A stretch of 64,000 bases of DNA from Takakia lepidozioides (Eukaryota; Plantae; Bryophyta), in assembly GCA_030704615.1 (NCBI GenBank), contig CM060733.1:54498001-54562000 (forward strand). The letters are read 5' to 3'. The notes beneath the pieces were generated by a model that saw nothing but the letters and a program-made list of their open reading frames with translations, ran no database searches and was not told the DNA's origin. How positions within the stretch are numbered: the stretch's first letter is position 1; each line of letters starts with the position of its first letter. Below, piece by piece: positions 1 through 11,200 of this stretch. A program made the translations under genes and the position numbers.

Positions 1-3000
1 TGAACATATATAGTTGGTTGAAATGGGATTGAGGAACAGGGACCACCCACTCAGAAGGAGTAGAAGGATCCGCAACAGACCCAAGCCTCCAATCTCTGAT
101 GCTCATACCTGCCATCACATATGGACCAAAGAGGATCGCATGTATTGATGCATACTTAGGTCGATCATCTGTTTGCCACTCTCACCCACACAGGTGGCCC
201 CACTTTAGCATCCTGACATTAACGAGATATAAAGCACAGAATTTCTCCTAAATCCTTCGCAACTGTTGCAGAATGATGACTCTTGCTATAAGACAGCAAT
301 AGGCTGCTTTAAAGTAGGTATTGGAAGAAAGACTGTAAGAGACATAGTTAAGTTCAATGGGAGCAGCAATTAAAAATCAACATGAAATTTTCATATCATT
401 ATATATTGGGTAGTTCCAGATTTTAAAGGGAAAAGATGTCCATGTGATCCAGCATGCTACCTTGGATTCTCTCTGTTCTTAAGCTCAGAGGGAGCACCAG
501 CAAAAGCTTGTCACCAAAGGCCCACTTGCGCACAATACTCAAGTAGCTTCCTACATGCCCACAAAAAACAAATTCTTCACTACGGTCACTCACCAGTCTA
601 TGACAAAAATTTGTGCTTGTCAACAGCCATAACAAATCCTTGGCTCCACCTATGAACTGTAAAAAAGTTACCAACTGTTAAACAGGGTCTTATGATATCT
701 GGATTAGCAGCCTGCAGGGAGTTACATGCAGACCAACCCCACAGAAGCAGCCATTCTTTTAGTGGCGAATAATCACCAAATTTTGACCTCGTGCGTAGGT
801 CCTGGCGACAGGGGTTAAAGGACATGACGTTGAAAAACGATGGATTTCGTCAAAATTTGATCTGGTGGGCCCATCTTTCGCCAGAGGGTTGGCAAGAGGG
901 AGACACGTGTCAACATCCTAGAGAGGACATTAGAATGGAGGGTCCAGATCTCATGTTATCGGCACTTGCACTTTGTACCATCGCCACACATGCTCCACTT
1001 GGATGGATGCCACTCGCGCCATAATGTCTATAGCTTAAAAGGAACACTGCACAGAAGTTGAGAGGGGATTCAAAGAGACAGGCCAGCACAAAACATCTCA
1101 AATATTAGATCTATGATTACAACTCTGTGGTTGGAGACATCATACCTGGGGCTGGCACAAGGAGCTTTTGACCATTAAGGGTCGCACCACATCCCAGAGA
1201 GTCTGTCCACGAGGGAACTCGTATGTGGACTGCAGCTTCGGTTTCCTTACTGCTGTTAGTGAAGAACTCAAATGTGACCCGGAGATTGGGGTCTTCAGAA
1301 GTGAACGGTTCAATGGTCTGGTTGAGGAACAGCCCTGCTGTATCCCAAATGAGACTACTGGCTACAAATTGTACGATATATATGGCAGGAGTGGAACCGT
1401 CCTCTTCGAAGTAGATAGAATCACCCAGCTTAGCAAACGACTCAATAGCTGGAGGCATCACCATGGAACAGAACACATCAAAGGGGGAAAATGTTAGAGA
1501 AAGGGAAATGATCTAGCTGATCTCAGGGGATAAACTAACAACTCACAGTGCCAATGTATGCAGAAGTACGACACCAGGCGTCAGTGTCACTCGCTTCATG
1601 ATCGTACGGGCTACTGCCAAAGTGATGTCTAAAAGCCCTTGCAGTGTGTTCTTTCCATCGAGACTCTGAAGCAGCCGGGTGTCAATCGGACAAAGTTGTC
1701 CATGCTGGATGAGTCACATAGCAAAAACCACTGAGATGGGGCAAGGGTGCAACTAAACGGATCGCAATCATCAGTCCACCTTAATTTATTTGGAAGAGAA
1801 GTAGTTTACGGTCTACTTTCGCTGTCAACCCTCAGGGTGTTATCCGCCAAACAGTGTGGAAAGCTCCGAGATATACAGGCAGCCAACATTTGAAGAGAGA
1901 AGGTGAGCTAAAATGCTGGTACCTGACCCATAACAGCACCAGAAGGAATTGAACTTGTTTCCCCAGCCATGATAGCTTCTTGCTTTGGACATCCCAGGCC
2001 CTAAGGGAAGCATATAGAGCATCACTCCAGGCTCCTGGCCTCGCTGAAGTCCCAGTATCCCATTAACTAGTGCCCGCTCATAGTAATCAGCATATGCCAC
2101 AACTTTTGTCCAACGGAACAGGTTTCTGGCAATCTGCAGTTGCTCACACATCAAAGTTAGAAGCCCTGGAATCTACTGATGAGTTCCCAGACGCTGGTGG
2201 ATAGAAACTCCACAACCGGTTCCAGAAGGGTTGATGCTCAGCAGGGACTGTGCCCTCAAAAAGAAGAGCACAGCGATCAGTCATATGAAACGGTCAATGA
2301 ATACATTTTCTCTCTCTCCCCACATTCTCCACCATCAACATGTTTTATCAAGGTAGTGGCCGCTCTCGATGTGATGAGTTTGAGATCAGATGGTGGGGTC
2401 AGTTGAATCGCATGCCAATACCAGATACCCAACTCTATTTTCTTGGAAGCAAGACCGTACTTTTAGACACGCCAAGTCTGGCAGAAAACGGTAGAGGAGA
2501 TTTTCAAGTACCTGAATACTAGGCAGGAAGAACTGACCCTTCTAGATGAAGTTGACTTGGAGGCTGAAGCGTCTAAGGCCATGTCAGAAGCACGAAGACT
2601 GTCCGAACAAAACCACAAAACTTCCCTGAACTTGTTTCCAGTTGGTGACATGGGTAAGGACCTTAAGGATGATCTGAAGGGCCTACCTACCCCGGCAGTG
2701 GACTGAAATGTAAACTCAGGGTGGGAAGTCTACCTTTCAACAATAAATAGATGCAGAGAGGAAAGGGAGATTGTCAATGCCCGATGTGCGGGTGGCCTGA
2801 GGACAATATCCGTTTTCTGATCCAATGTCCGGGTTATTCTCATCAGAGAGCTCCCTTTTCAGGATCTGCACCTCTGTTCACCAACTTTCAAAATCTCAAG
2901 AAATCTCAAGACTGAGCCTTAATCCCTGATGCTGTTGGGGTCTAATTGCTGGGCAGCTCATACACAGCAGATTGATGCTTGTGCGAAGGGCTTTCTAGAG

Positions 3001-6000
3001 GCAATCCGGAAAGCCCAAACCAATTGTGTATACTAAGGTAAGTCCCACTACTGGAGTAAGTCCCTCACAAAGGTAGTGTCTGTTCCCACTTGTTTCGCGC
3101 AAACTGGTTGCAGGGTCTATGGCCACAAGGCTACGGCAAACAACGTCTCATGAGTACATTCTCTTGAAGTTGTTGCACAAGGTGGTTGTGAGTGCCTTAA
3201 CTCGAGAATCAAGACTTAGAAAACCAGAGAGTCACAAACAGATGATCAATGCAAGGTAAGAAATATAGGTTGTACAAGATTGAACTGCATGTTCTATCTT
3301 CTCCTTCCCATGCATCAGATACCTTGAGGAGGACCCACCTTGAGCATATTGTAAGTGGTGCACGACTCCTGGTTTTCTGTCTGCAAAGTATTCGCCTGCC
3401 GCATGGGATCCACCCTGCTCTCTTTGCCAATCCAGCAATGTCAGGGCCTAAAGCCATATTAGTTTCTCTACAGGAACTTTACTAGAAATGAAGCCTACCC
3501 TGCCTCCATTTTCTTCTCAAACAAATATTGAATATATTCCTTATCAGAACTAAGGCGATGGTTAATAAGATGATGTGTTGCAGAACTCACAACTTCCAGA
3601 CTCCAAAATGCAATCCTTAGGCGAAAAACTCAAGACATCAGTAGCACAATCTGAGTGGTATTTACCAGAACTCAGATACAGAGGTGCCCCCAGTGGCATA
3701 ACTGTGGGATGTGTTGACCACACTCATAAAATACTCTGCAATGCTCTGTCAGCACACACAAACACATAGATTGCAACTGAGATGATACAAAATTTATGGT
3801 TACCGCTGACTTCAGTATCCCCAACAGTGGGTCCCAGGATCAGTCAAACTCTATCTGCCCAAAGAGTCAGCCATGATTTTTGGATAGGACGGAACAGGGT
3901 GTACAACAGAATTCATGGGACATACCCGGTACAAGGCGTCACCTGTGACCTCATAGCGCATTTGAGCTCCTACAACCACTGGAATGTGTGTGTTTGCATG
4001 GAACCCCGACAGATTGTCCGTCTACACCCACAGCCACCCACCAACCTGAGCCATCTTGTGAGATCATACTTACACTTGGTTTCAGGAAGTCCGACACAAG
4101 CAGTAATGTATAAGGCTACAGCTCGTTGACCCGATTATGCATTCTGACTATCACATCCTGCCCAATCATGATGAGGATCTTACCCATGGTTCAGAGCTAG
4201 ACATCAGCTCTCATGCAGCTGATGGAATAGAGGACAACCTTGCTGTATAGTACAGAGAGGTGGTATGCCGTGTGTGAGAAACCGACAGTCAGACAGAAAG
4301 ATATACAAGATAATAAAATACACAATAAAGAGAGGAAGTGGTGAAGGTGATACCTGAAGGGCAAGAGGCCCAAGAAAGCAGGGCTTATCAAAGAGGTGTG
4401 CCAACTTCAAATGGTCTGCATCCCCCTGCATGTCAAATGAACCAGCTCAAAACACATGCAGAAAGACGAGACTTGTAATTGGAGCCTTTATTCCACCATA
4501 CAGAGGAAGACAAGCGAAGGAGATGAGATGAAGGGGAACTTGCCGTAACAGTGTAGAGGCGATAGAGAACGTCATTCATGCCCCCTGTCTCTTCATTGAG
4601 TGAATGCCAGTGCCTCTCTATCGTAAAACGTTCAATGACAGATTCCACACGCTTATAGAAGTACCGGGCCATGGCGACCACCATATCCAATGCCACTCTG
4701 TTTCCCACAAGAGTGTATTGATCTAGCAGGCCTGCCATGATCTGTTGACACCAGACAGAATGTTACAATATAGCATTTCTAGTAGATACCAAGAGGGAAA
4801 AGTAAGAGATAGATAGAGGGATTTTGATGGACAAGCAGACTGACTTGGCGGAATTGAGCAACACCACAAGGGAGATGTTATCTCAACATACAACCAAAAA
4901 AGATATCCCAAGCCCATTTCCACTTACGACCATCCTCCTTGCACTCCATCCATCCCTATCTCCAATTACACACCTCTCTTGTGGGAAGGAAATCGAAGAC
5001 CCACCTCCACATCTTGAAGCAGGTCTCTCTCTCTCACACAAACACCACACACAACAGCAGGTTGTTCTATCAAGAAATCTCTCGTCTGTGGAGGTAAAAA
5101 CCTCTCTCTCTTCTCTGAAAGGTACCTTATGGATTGTGTAGTACGGCGCCCACACAGGCTGAATTCCTTCAAAGCGATCAAAGAAGTCTGATGGAAATGC
5201 CGACAGATAACCCGTACCTAATTGGGTTTGACACTCCTTCAAAGCTTTTAACAAAGTTTTCATTTTTGCTTGAAGCTCCTTGTGATGGGTACCAGCCCAC
5301 ATTAATGCTGTCGCACTAAGGTAGTGCCCTGCAATTTTCCAAATTTTGATATCAACAACATCTTGAGCTCAGCAAATACAAATCTTCTGTCATGTTGAGA
5401 TTTTAAGTTCTCTCTCTCTCTCTCTCCCTCTCTTGCCCCCACAAAGTGACCACAAGGCTACATTTTATGAGTACATTCAGAGTGCCTCGCAGCCTAGCTG
5501 CATGAGGCACTTCCTCAGGCCCCCTGTGCCATTGTAAGACTTTTTTTTGGCTCTCTCTCTCCCTCCAATAGGCACTTTTCCAATTTCCACAGGACTTTAA
5601 TAATAGTCTTCGTCCTTTTTCTCTCTATATGTCTGTTGCACCTACATTGCAGTCCAACTTCTTAAGACAAAACTCACTCACATTTGATTCAGTATGTCGG
5701 AACCTGCATGCCAGCTGTATGGCAGCATTTCATATCCTGGCAGCCCTGCTAGATAACGTTAAGAGATAGCTTACCAACAAAGTGGCCGCGAAGCTCTGAC
5801 TCGGATGATTCCCAACCTCCATAGGGTCTGCTTGGAGCTTCCAATTTCGCAGTCTTTCTGAAATTCCAAACCAACCTGTCCACATCTAGCATCAACAAGT
5901 ACTGCAAATTTGTTTCTTGGGCTGTTCCTTGTGGAGAATCTGGTGCCAAAGTCACCCTGTGCAGTGAAACCTCCCGCAAAAATCCCAGCGTCCGCTGTCT

Positions 6001-6729
6001 CTTGATTACCTCAGGAAACATATCTTCATGTGAAACTGCCTCTTTGAATTGCGAAAACTTCCGTGAAGGGTTCTTCGTCGGTGGAATGCCCTCATCGAAT
6101 GGAAGAGACTGATCCAAGGGAGGCATTGTGGGGTGTGGGTGGGAGTACCTGTGTACATTGAGACCAAAATTGAGTGGATTCTTTAGTGAAAGTGCTTTCT
6201 TGAGCTTGAAATTGCGGCTCTGCCGCCACAGCGCTTCCCCCAAATCCACGTTCTTTTGGCCCAACGTACCTTTAACCTCGTCCACAACAGATTCTCTCAG
6301 ATTTAGACCCACATGTGAAGCTTCAGATTTTGTCCTAAGAACATCCCGAATTTTTTTCCTTTTGCCAAGAGGATTCAAAATCCCTCCACTGGGTACATCC
6401 TTTCCCAGCTTATCGGGCATTCCAATTCTCAATTTCAGGCCGTTCGCTTTCACAGGTTCATCCCCAGGCACTCCAACACCCTCTTCCGCCACGAGGTCAG
6501 CCACCTCCAGAGCAATTGAACTTACATTGGGATCAGAGCTGTAGAAATGGGGCAGTGAAGAACCATCGACTTGAGGAAACAGGAGAGAGCGTGCGCGCAG
6601 GGTGTGTGATGCGAGTTCGGTGGGGATGTTTGTGCACTCTTTGCCATAAGAGTTGCTGGGCACCAGCCACAGCAGCACTACCAGCAAGCAGACAATGGAA
6701 ACGGGGGAGTGCGCACAGAGACCCCGCAT
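1..6729 (-). CDS. Plant GH127 (non-reducing end beta-L-arabinofuranosidase-like, DUF1680) secreted protein; 3' end runs off the window
   Basis: In-frame exons: 6729-5775, 5328-5126, 4741-4544, 4425-4354, 4021-3926, 3745-3666, 3414-3339, 2133-1923, 1448-1146, 550-461, 168-<1. Signal peptide plus family motifs KECTN, ELRGHFVGHYLSA, WAPYYTIHK, NEETGGMND, HANTHIP, ESCTTYNMLK, FWCCYG, IESFAKLGDSIYF. Confidence 0.93.
2373..3160 (+). mobile_element. 5'-truncated, decayed LINE (RTE/RTEX-like ORF2 C-terminus) in GH127 intron 7
   Basis: Colinear with 17117-17925 (reverse complement); ends in ...ggccacaaggctacggcaaacaacgtctcatgagtacatt. Degenerate TSD ctctcgatgt (2363-2372) / ctcttgaagt (3161-3170). 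Confidence 0.8.
5450..5477 (+). mobile_element. Tiny remnant of the same LINE 3' tip in GH127 intron 1
   Basis: ccacaaggctac..ttatgagtacatt matches the LINE terminus with an internal deletion; adjacent to a (CT)n tract. Confidence 0.5.
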
Positions 6730-8253
6730 CTTCTCTTGCCCGTGTAGGCTATCCAGGATCTTGCTCCTTTAGTCTCTCTAATCGCATGTAGTCCCCTCCC
6801 CTTATTTCTCATTCTGGTATAAGTACCTGCTTCGTAGTGTGTCTCTCCGCAAAGCCGAACTAGAATTCATCCTGCAGACACACATCTCCTCCCCTTCCGT
6901 TTTCACATTCTATACAACAAGACAATTTCAGCGGTGACCTTGACTCTCCGTGAGCAGAAACAGAAATCCGACTAGGAAGGGCCTCATCTCAGCAGTATTT
7001 GGGGTACTACCCAACGATTGTGAGAGTTCAATACTGCCGCTAGATCCAAAATCATATTTGGACATGATTGAATGCTAGATTCCTGATGCGATTGGTCACT
7101 GGATCACTGAGTTTTGCAATATCATAACATTTTGAATTTGCTTCTCCAAGAATGGATGATGTGTTTGTAACCAGTTGCTATTACTTAAGTCGAGGTTCTG
7201 TTTCCTTCGCTAGATCATGACAATCCTCCGTTGGCCATTGGGTTGTGTGTACAGTATCATTATTGTGAGTAGTTGTTGAATGTAAAACTCTTATGCTCTT
7301 TCTCTCTCCCACAGATGCGTCATCGTGATACATAAGCTCCGTTTCTCTTCCTCTCTCTCGAACTCTTAAATGTCATGGTCCACCACAGCAATTGCAACAG
7401 TCAAGAAATCTCTCGAATTCATCCCAAGATACTACTGATGTTCTTGTATCGTTCACCTGTGAACAGAAAAACTGAACACTCATGTTAATAGAAGTTTATC
7501 GTATCCGTAAACAATTTTCAAAAAAACTCCTTTGTATTTCGAGTGGGCTTATTTCGTGGAATAAAGTCGCCAGCCTGGCAAGCATTTTTTTTTTCCAATT
7601 GTTTACGTGGCAAGGGGCTCACACCTGCGAAGCACCTCGCGTTGGTTGCTTAACCTACACGTAAACAATTTTCAAAATGTATAAATAAAAAATGTATCTT
7701 TCAGAATGATTCCACTTTGTCTCAAAAGTCTAGTACTCTGCGATGAACCCAGCTGGGAAATGTACAGGAGAGGGAGGAGGGGTTGGAGCCTCGTGGCCAT
7801 CTGATCTTTACGTGCAACATTCAACAGCATGCTAGGTCCCTCTATCTTGTTCCAACTTATTATTTGTTTTTCAGGCTGAAGATGCCGCTCATGCCTCTGG
7901 ATCAAACTACAGGCTCTTCCACCAAGCAACCCGCCAAAGCCTTTGTGCTCAAACGCCCTCTAGCAGATGAGAGAGTATTACGTTTCCACGATCAAAGCTT
8001 TTTACAAATCGACATTACCATGCGTTTGAGATTGACGAGCTGTTCTTCTCCCCAAGTGCGTAGGAACACAACACAAACCCGCATAGTGCATCTTCTGGAA
8101 AGTGCATGAAGGGCTTCTAAGAGCTTCGCATCTGTTTTGCCGGGGAGTTCAGTATCTCCTCTGTAGAAGATGATACTGAACACCTTCAAAGACTTGCACT
8201 TATACAACTAACTTAGGGGGAGGAAAGAGAGACAACCTCTGCCGGCATAATCC

Positions 8254-11200
8254 TCAGCTTGCATTTATGTCGAGGTTTGCTAACTTCAATCTAATGTGAA
8301 GGGGTAATTGATCCCGTAATCCAATACATGTTGTCTTTAGTATACACAATGTGTTTTTACTATCTAAACTAGGAATTATCGACTTCTGCAATGGGCTTCC
8401 ATTCCAAGAGGTACCCCCTTCTGCTGCTCTGTCAAGTATTGCCATCCACTTTTGGATAAAAGAGTTGCAAGTGGGGCTCCAGGATGGTTGACATAACAGT
8501 GAAGGAAGAGAGAAGGGTAGATCTTCTAGTGCTATATTCGGATCTGCCAGAAGTAGAAGTGCCGAGTGATTCCAGCAGCTTGATAGAAGGCCAAGAAGTT
8601 GCAATGCTGTGTGTGGGTACGGCGAAATGCACACTGCATCAAGAGTGTCGAGGAACCATTCTCTCTTGTCCTCCAGTGGGGCTTCTTTCACAGCCATCGC
8701 AACTTCCAGAAGAAGCCCGTGGCCCTCTGGAGGCAGGTGATTTGTCAGCCATGCGTGAGCACTTTTCAATTCACTAGCAGGAAGACAGCCAACCACCACC
8801 AAGCGTGCTCTTGCAATGATGGCCTTCTTCGCCATCAGCAAGCATCTGTCTTTTCCTGGCAGATCCACTGATGGCACCCTAAGAAATTCCAAAAGCCAGT
8901 CTTTTGGTGCATGAGTGAGGCAATCAATAGCTGCTGCCCAATCCTGTTGTCCCCATGCTTTCACTTTTTCTGTGCTGTTGTCCTCCTTTGCCAGGGCCCA
9001 ATTGGGCATAGTCAAGAAGTCAAATAATGCTTCCATGCAGCTCTCCAAGTCCTTTACTTGTGAAATGTGTTGGTTTGTGTCAACAGAGCCCCTCAAACAG
9101 TGTGATAGGCCCTGCCAGACACATACACTGAATGCTTCACCTGATTCAGCCTCTCTTTCTACTAAAGACTCCCAAGGCCTGCCCAATCTCACTATAAGCT
9201 CTCTCAAATCCTTAAAGAGCTTGCCCGTCCGAGACTCTGAGAACACATGTGGTAAGTCTCCCAGATGCTGCATCAATAGGTTGCGAAGGGGAGGCTCAAT
9301 TGTGATCAGCCTTGCCAGCTCACAAAGCTCGTCCAGAAATGTCGCAAGAGGCGGAACAAACTCTCCATGGGCAATTGCAAGGAGCACACACTGCTGCCGC
9401 ACCTGCTCTAGTCCACAGCCGATTTTCGGGACACTCTTTCCTGGCACTCCGACAGCTGAAGACTGTCCCCTCATTAGCCATCGAAGCAGGCCACCCCAGT
9501 CGAGTGCTGGCAGTCGGGGGGATTTCTCCAAACAGCGTAGCACTGAAACAACTGTTTGTGGTGGTGGTGTACAAGTCGGCTCAGTAAGCTTGCAAGTAAG
9601 CAACCATGAACTCAAGCGCCGCAACGCGCTGTCCTCTGGCAGGCTCTGCAGAGCACGCAAGGGGTAGCCCCAGTGCCATAATGGCCCTGGCTGACCTTTT
9701 GTAGGATGTTCTTCTGTATCTGACCTATCTTCATCGAGCCCACCTTCTCGAAAAGCTTCCAAGAAAGCCGTGTGCATGAAACCAAGCGCCCACGCCGCAG
9801 AGCTCCTCTCTTGTGCATCTGCACCATCTCTGGCAACTGCAAGTAAAGCTTGAACCATTGTCCTCACTTCATCTTCACAACTAGTCTCCTTGATAAGAGG
9901 GTCACTGATGTGAAACTGCTTGTTGGCTGAATCAAGAGCACCAGTTAGCGCTGCTAACTCTCCAGTGTGTTGCCGTCTTCTCAAGGGGGCCAACAAAGCT
10001 GCCCCAGCACCCAAAACATTTGCCAATCCAGTCATAGCACTGAGACGACTGGAACTCAGGAGTAGCACGGCTGACCCATTCTGCATAGCACGCATCAAAT
10101 TGTAGACCTCTTCCTCCTGCAATGAGCAAGCACCCTCCTCAAGAACAGCCCCTAACAAATTGCCAGCCCCCAGGCATGCAGCAGCAACCACAGTTCCTGG
10201 ACACCTTTCTGCCCCTTCAGCCGTGGTCATCTCATCAACACCCTTCTTGATGAAGGTACTGAGGGCTTGAAGTAGCGAATCTACACTATCTTCAAGTAAC
10301 TCTAGCCTGGAAGAGACTTCTACACAAGTAGGCAGTGCCAGGAGGGCACCCATGGCCAATGAGTTGACCAAGCCACCTCTTTGCGAACCCCCTGTGGAGT
10401 GTAGGTTCCCCCTTTCTTGTGGGGTTGATATTCTAGGCAGCCAGGATATGATTAGGTTTGTTATCTCTACAACCACTCCTGGGCACTGGGCCCTCTCTAC
10501 TGCAGTGACAGAGCTCCCTAATCCCCACACAAGACCTCCAACTTCCCACATGTCATGGTCTTCCGGATGTTTCTCTTCTACTTGCTCTCCGATATCCACT
10601 ATAACACCCCTAAGAAGCGGACTTTGAGCCAAAGCTTGTAGAGCATGTGCAGCAAGAGGACACGCCTGCCTTAGAAGCCCTGTCAGACTTCCCAAGATGT
10701 GAGAAAGTAATTTGATCTCTCTCTGCTTGCTTGCCCCTTCTGATCCTCCAGCTGATTGACCAGCTACATCTCCTCGTAGAAGTGATTGACTAACAAGCCC
10801 CAGTCCAATCCCACAGGCTCCCCTCACCACACCTCTGTCACTGTTACTCGCATGCTCCACAAGCTGATGGACAATCTCAGATTTCCGACTCCAGTCTGTC
10901 GGATGCAGGCAGGATGCGACCACTCCAAGGGCAAGTGCAGCGGACCACTGCCGGTGCTCATGCCCATCTTGTGCCAGTTGGGCCTCCAGATAGTTGGACA
11001 TCATCCTCACTTCACTGCGTGCAGAGAGAGGCATTGCCTGAGAGAGGGCAGCAATGGCAAGGGTTGCATTGTCAGCCACACGTGGAATCCCTTTCTCACA
11101 CGTTTCACGGAGGAGCTTGAAGATACTGATTCCAGCCTTGCTTAGATGATCCTCATTGCAATTGGAAGGAGTCTCTCCTTTGAGGACTGAGACCTTTGCA

